60,650 nt of DNA from Anaerolineales bacterium (lineage in GTDB: Bacteria > Chloroflexota > Anaerolineae > Anaerolineales > E44-bin32), in NCBI GenBank assembly GCA_041554155.1, contig JBFFMI010000002.1, forward strand, positions 1 to 60,650. Reading direction: 5' to 3'. Position 1 is the first letter of the stretch, and each line of letters opens with the position of its first letter. This document shows, piece by piece, positions 58,056 through 60,650 of the stretch. The translations under genes and the position numbers were made by a program. Below the pieces are notes generated by a model, which was given only the letters and a program-made list of their open reading frames with translations, was not told where the DNA came from and searched no databases.

Positions 58056-60650
58056 TTGTCAATCTCGTCAGGCTCACCATCGAAGGCTAACTGTTCAGGC
58101 TGTTCCTCCTGGTGTATCGGGAAGCGGATGGTGAATGTACTACCCTCACCCAGCCGGCTTTCTACGGTAACTTCACCACCATGCTGCTGCACGATCGATT
58201 TTACAATCGCCAATCCCAGGCCGCTGCCCTTAATATTCAAGGTTTCCTGCCTGCGTGCCCGGTAAAACCGTTCAAACAAACGCGCTTGATCTGTTGGCGC
58301 AATCCCTAAGCCATTATCTTTCACGGAGAGATACTGAATACCTCTCTGCTGATACGCGCTGATCATCACCTCACCACCGGCTGATGTGTACTTAACGGCG
58401 TTATCAACAAGATTGGCGATCGCCTGGCGAATCAGTGTTGGATCGATCTCGACCAGCTCTAACTCCTCTGCGATCGCTAGATCGAGTGTTATTTGCTTAT
58501 TCACAGCTTGCGGTCGATAAGATTGAATGACCGAGTCAACCAGGTCCAGCAGATTTACCCGCTCCAGGTCTAGGCCTACTCCAGCTTCAATCCGGCCCAG
58601 ATCCAGTAAATTCTCAATTAAATTCCCCATTTGATCAGCGCTTGTCAATATTTTGCTCACAAACTCTTTTTGCTGCTCGTTCATTGCGCCGACCATGGTA
58701 AGCATGGTTGCATACCCGCGCATCAGGGTTAGCGGTGCGCGCAAATCATGACTGACGGTTGAGACAAACTCGGACTTCAGAGTGTCTAGCTTTTTGTAGT
58801 GTGTGATGTCCCACAGGACGCAAACCCTACCAGCCGTATCCTTCTCTTCGGAGGCGATATCCGAGATCGATGCGAATAAGACCTGCCCGGTATCAAGCCG
58901 TATTTCGACCGTATGAGTCTCTGCCTGCTCATCGGCCAGCAGGTCGGTAAGTTCCTTCGCCTTGATGACATTATTCGCTTTGGCACCGATAACCTCGCTC
59001 GCGGAAGCCGTGAGCACACTCTCGGCTGCTGGGTTCGCGAGCGAGATACGATCGTCTTGATCGATCAGGATGACAGCGTCCGGGGTTGTTTCCAGGACGG
59101 CAGTGAGCCGAGACCGTTCTTGTTCCACCCGTTGATAAAGACGGGTGTTGGAAACTGCGATGCCCAACTGCCCGGTGAGAATGGTCAGCAGCCTAACTTC
59201 ATCCGGTGAAAAGACGTGTGACTGCTGATAGCCCAACCAGAGGGCTCCGACAAACTCATCTTCGTGGGAAAGCGGTACCGATGTCAGCGCCTCTAACGGT
59301 GATTCCAGCGCTGAGATCTCCAGCACCGCTTTCGCCCGGGTTGGATTTTCGAGTGTGAAACGACCTTTGGTACGGGTTAGGCTTAAGAGTTGTGAATCGA
59401 GAACAGCCCAATTACCAGGGTCAATACCAGCGCTGTACACTTCCGGCACCCGGCTATCGAGATCTTCCTTTTCGAGGGCCAGGTGGACCAAGTCTGCATC
59501 CGTGAGCTCCCTTAATCCCTCGAGTATCGGTGGTAGTGACTCAGCCAGATTGAAACTGCTCGCAACGCGCTGGCTGGCTTGCAGCAGCAAACCCATTTCA
59601 TCCAGTCGAGCTTTGAGCCGCCTGCGCATGCGTTCAAATGATGTGGCCAGCCGCCCAATTTCATCCTCCCCCTCCCCTTCGATGGGCTGAGCAAGATTGC
59701 CACGCGCAATCGATTGAGCCACTGTCGACATCATCCTGAGCGGTTGGGTGACTCTACGACTAATCAAGTAAATCGCTGCCAACACGATAACGCCGACTAC
59801 CATGATCACACCGATTAGATTTGCTGCGATTCGCAAAGCCAAGCGCTGGACTTCGCTCTGTGGTGTGAGCAACATAACCTTCCAGGCATAACCATTAATC
59901 GGGCGGTTGTAGAGCAAGCGTCGTGTTCCATCTGAAGCCCGATCAAGGACCACCGCCGCACCGCCATCATCCGGGCTTTCGAAAATTTCCATCAACCGAT
60001 TGGAATCGGGGTGGATTAAGATCCTATTAGATGCATCGGTGATAAAGGCTGAGCCGGGGTTAAAACCAACGAGGATTTCGAGTAACGGTTGAATGTAGGG
60101 GTTGTTGCTCATGTCAACCACACCTACAGCAACGCCCAGGATATCCTCTTCAATGGTTAACGGCGTGATAAAGGCCAGTCGCGCGGCATTGGCGCCGGGT
60201 CGAGGGATCAACACAATTTCTTGTGGAACGCCCAATAACGCTGCATTGACGGCAGCCCCTAATTCAAAACTGACCTCCTGATCTGGGAAATTTTCCTCGG
60301 GGTACTTCGCAAGGACGGAGGCCTCTCGATCATATAAAACCAGTGTTTGGTGGAATGCATAGAGGCGCAAAGTCTCCTGCAAGTCCTCGACACTGATATC
60401 GTTGGCCTGTACGATAGGCGCCAACTCATCCGCAATTTGCTGGTTCAATGATCTGCCAGCCTGAATAAAGTAGGGAATCGTACCAGCGGCTTGGTCGGCA
60501 GTTTGCAGCATTTGCCGCTCAAGCAGTTCTCGAGCAGAACGTTGCGCAAGGACCCAATCACCGGCAACGAGAACTACGCTGGCGATCAAACCAACCACAA
60601 TGAAAATAGACAGCAGTCTGGCTGCAAGCGAGCGGTTATAGGGGCCTGTC
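58052..60650 (-). CDS. sensor histidine kinase (extracytoplasmic sensor, HAMP, GAF, PAS, HisKA, HATPase_c); 5' end off-window
   Basis: The frame stays open beyond the track start (GTG 60598) to the window edge, within a TM helix. H-box SHDLRAPLT, N-box NLVDNAVKY and G-box GSGLGLAIV. Confidence 0.88.
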   Translation of the reverse strand, partial: TGPYNRSLAARLLSIFIVVGLIASVVLVAGDWVLAQRSARELLERQMLQTADQAAGTIPYFIQAGRSLNQQIADELAPIVQANDISVEDLQETLRLYAFHQTLVLYDREASVLAKYPEENFPDQEVSFELGAAVNAALLGVPQEIVLIPRPGANAARLAFITPLTIEEDILGVAVGVVDMSNNPYIQPLLEILVGFNPGSAFITDASNRILIHPDSNRLMEIFESPDDGGAAVVLDRASDGTRRLLYNRPINGYAWKVMLLTPQSEVQRLALRIAANLIGVIMVVGVIVLAAIYLISRRVTQPLRMMSTVAQSIARGNLAQPIEGEGEDEIGRLATSFERMRRRLKARLDEMGLLLQASQRVASSFNLAESLPPILEGLRELTDADLVHLALEKEDLDSRVPEVYSAGIDPGNWAVLDSQLLSLTRTKGRFTLENPTRAKAVLEISALESPLEALTSVPLSHEDEFVGALWLGYQQSHVFSPDEVRLLTILTGQLGIAVSNTRLYQRVEQERSRLTAVLETTPDAVILIDQDDRISLANPAAESVLTASASEVIGAKANNVIKAKELTDLLADEQAETHTVEIRLDTGQVLFASISDIASEEKDTAGRVCVLWDITHYKKLDTLKSEFVSTVSHDLRAPLTLMRGYATMLTMVGAMNEQQKEFVSKILTSADQMGNLIENLLDLGRIEAGVGLDLERVNLLDLVDSVIQSYRPQAVNKQITLDLAIAEELELVEIDPTLIRQAIANLVDNAVKYTSAGGEVMISAYQQRGIQYLSVKDNGLGIAPTDQARLFERFYRARRQETLNIKGSGLGLAIVKSIVQQHGGEVTVESRLGEGSTFTIRFPIHQEEQPEQLAFDGEPDEIDN

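Overview
60.65-kb densely coding chromosomal window of moderate-to-high GC. I found no rRNA, tRNA, CRISPR array or mobile element. The gene content looks like an anaerobic or facultative Chloroflexota/Terrabacteria-like bacterium, but that taxonomic guess is inference only. The window is dominated by central-carbon and low-potential electron-transfer genes. (1) On the minus strand, an eight-gene, mostly overlapping operon joins a four-subunit 2-oxoacid:ferredoxin oxidoreductase (OFOR) to a 1133-aa tandem HdrA-HdrA-MvhD fusion, a soluble HdrD-like CCG protein and EtfAB (2120-11344). I consider this the strongest candidate for an undescribed system: an OFOR-linked flavin-based electron-bifurcating or confurcating module. 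(2) Divergent from it is an operon encoding a SucC/SucD-like CoA ligase and a short citrate-synthase-like lyase. This matches the citryl-CoA synthetase/lyase pattern of the reductive TCA cycle. The large subunit carries an extra C-terminal di-cluster-like Cys domain. Downstream follow an HD-like protein, a LeuCD/HacAB-type dehydratase, an isocitrate/homoisocitrate-type dehydrogenase and a PrpD-family dehydratase. (3) Two further OFOR loci are present: a GntR-linked two-subunit type and a second four-subunit type. Malate dehydrogenase, pyruvate kinase and a CoA-transferase fragment are also present. Other notable items: selD is a selenoprotein with an in-frame UGA that the ORF track truncated. 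It lies next to modABC. An orphan nuoB-nuoCD-nuoI cluster is followed by a Cys-rich ORF and an Mrp/NBP35 Fe-S carrier, and sits opposite an IscA-type carrier. A clear T-box riboswitch with a GUC (Val) specifier precedes valS. A P1B ATPase has CSC in place of the CPC motif. Two paralogous unknown membrane proteins are present. All functional calls come from motif recognition by eye in the translated ORFs; no database search was possible.
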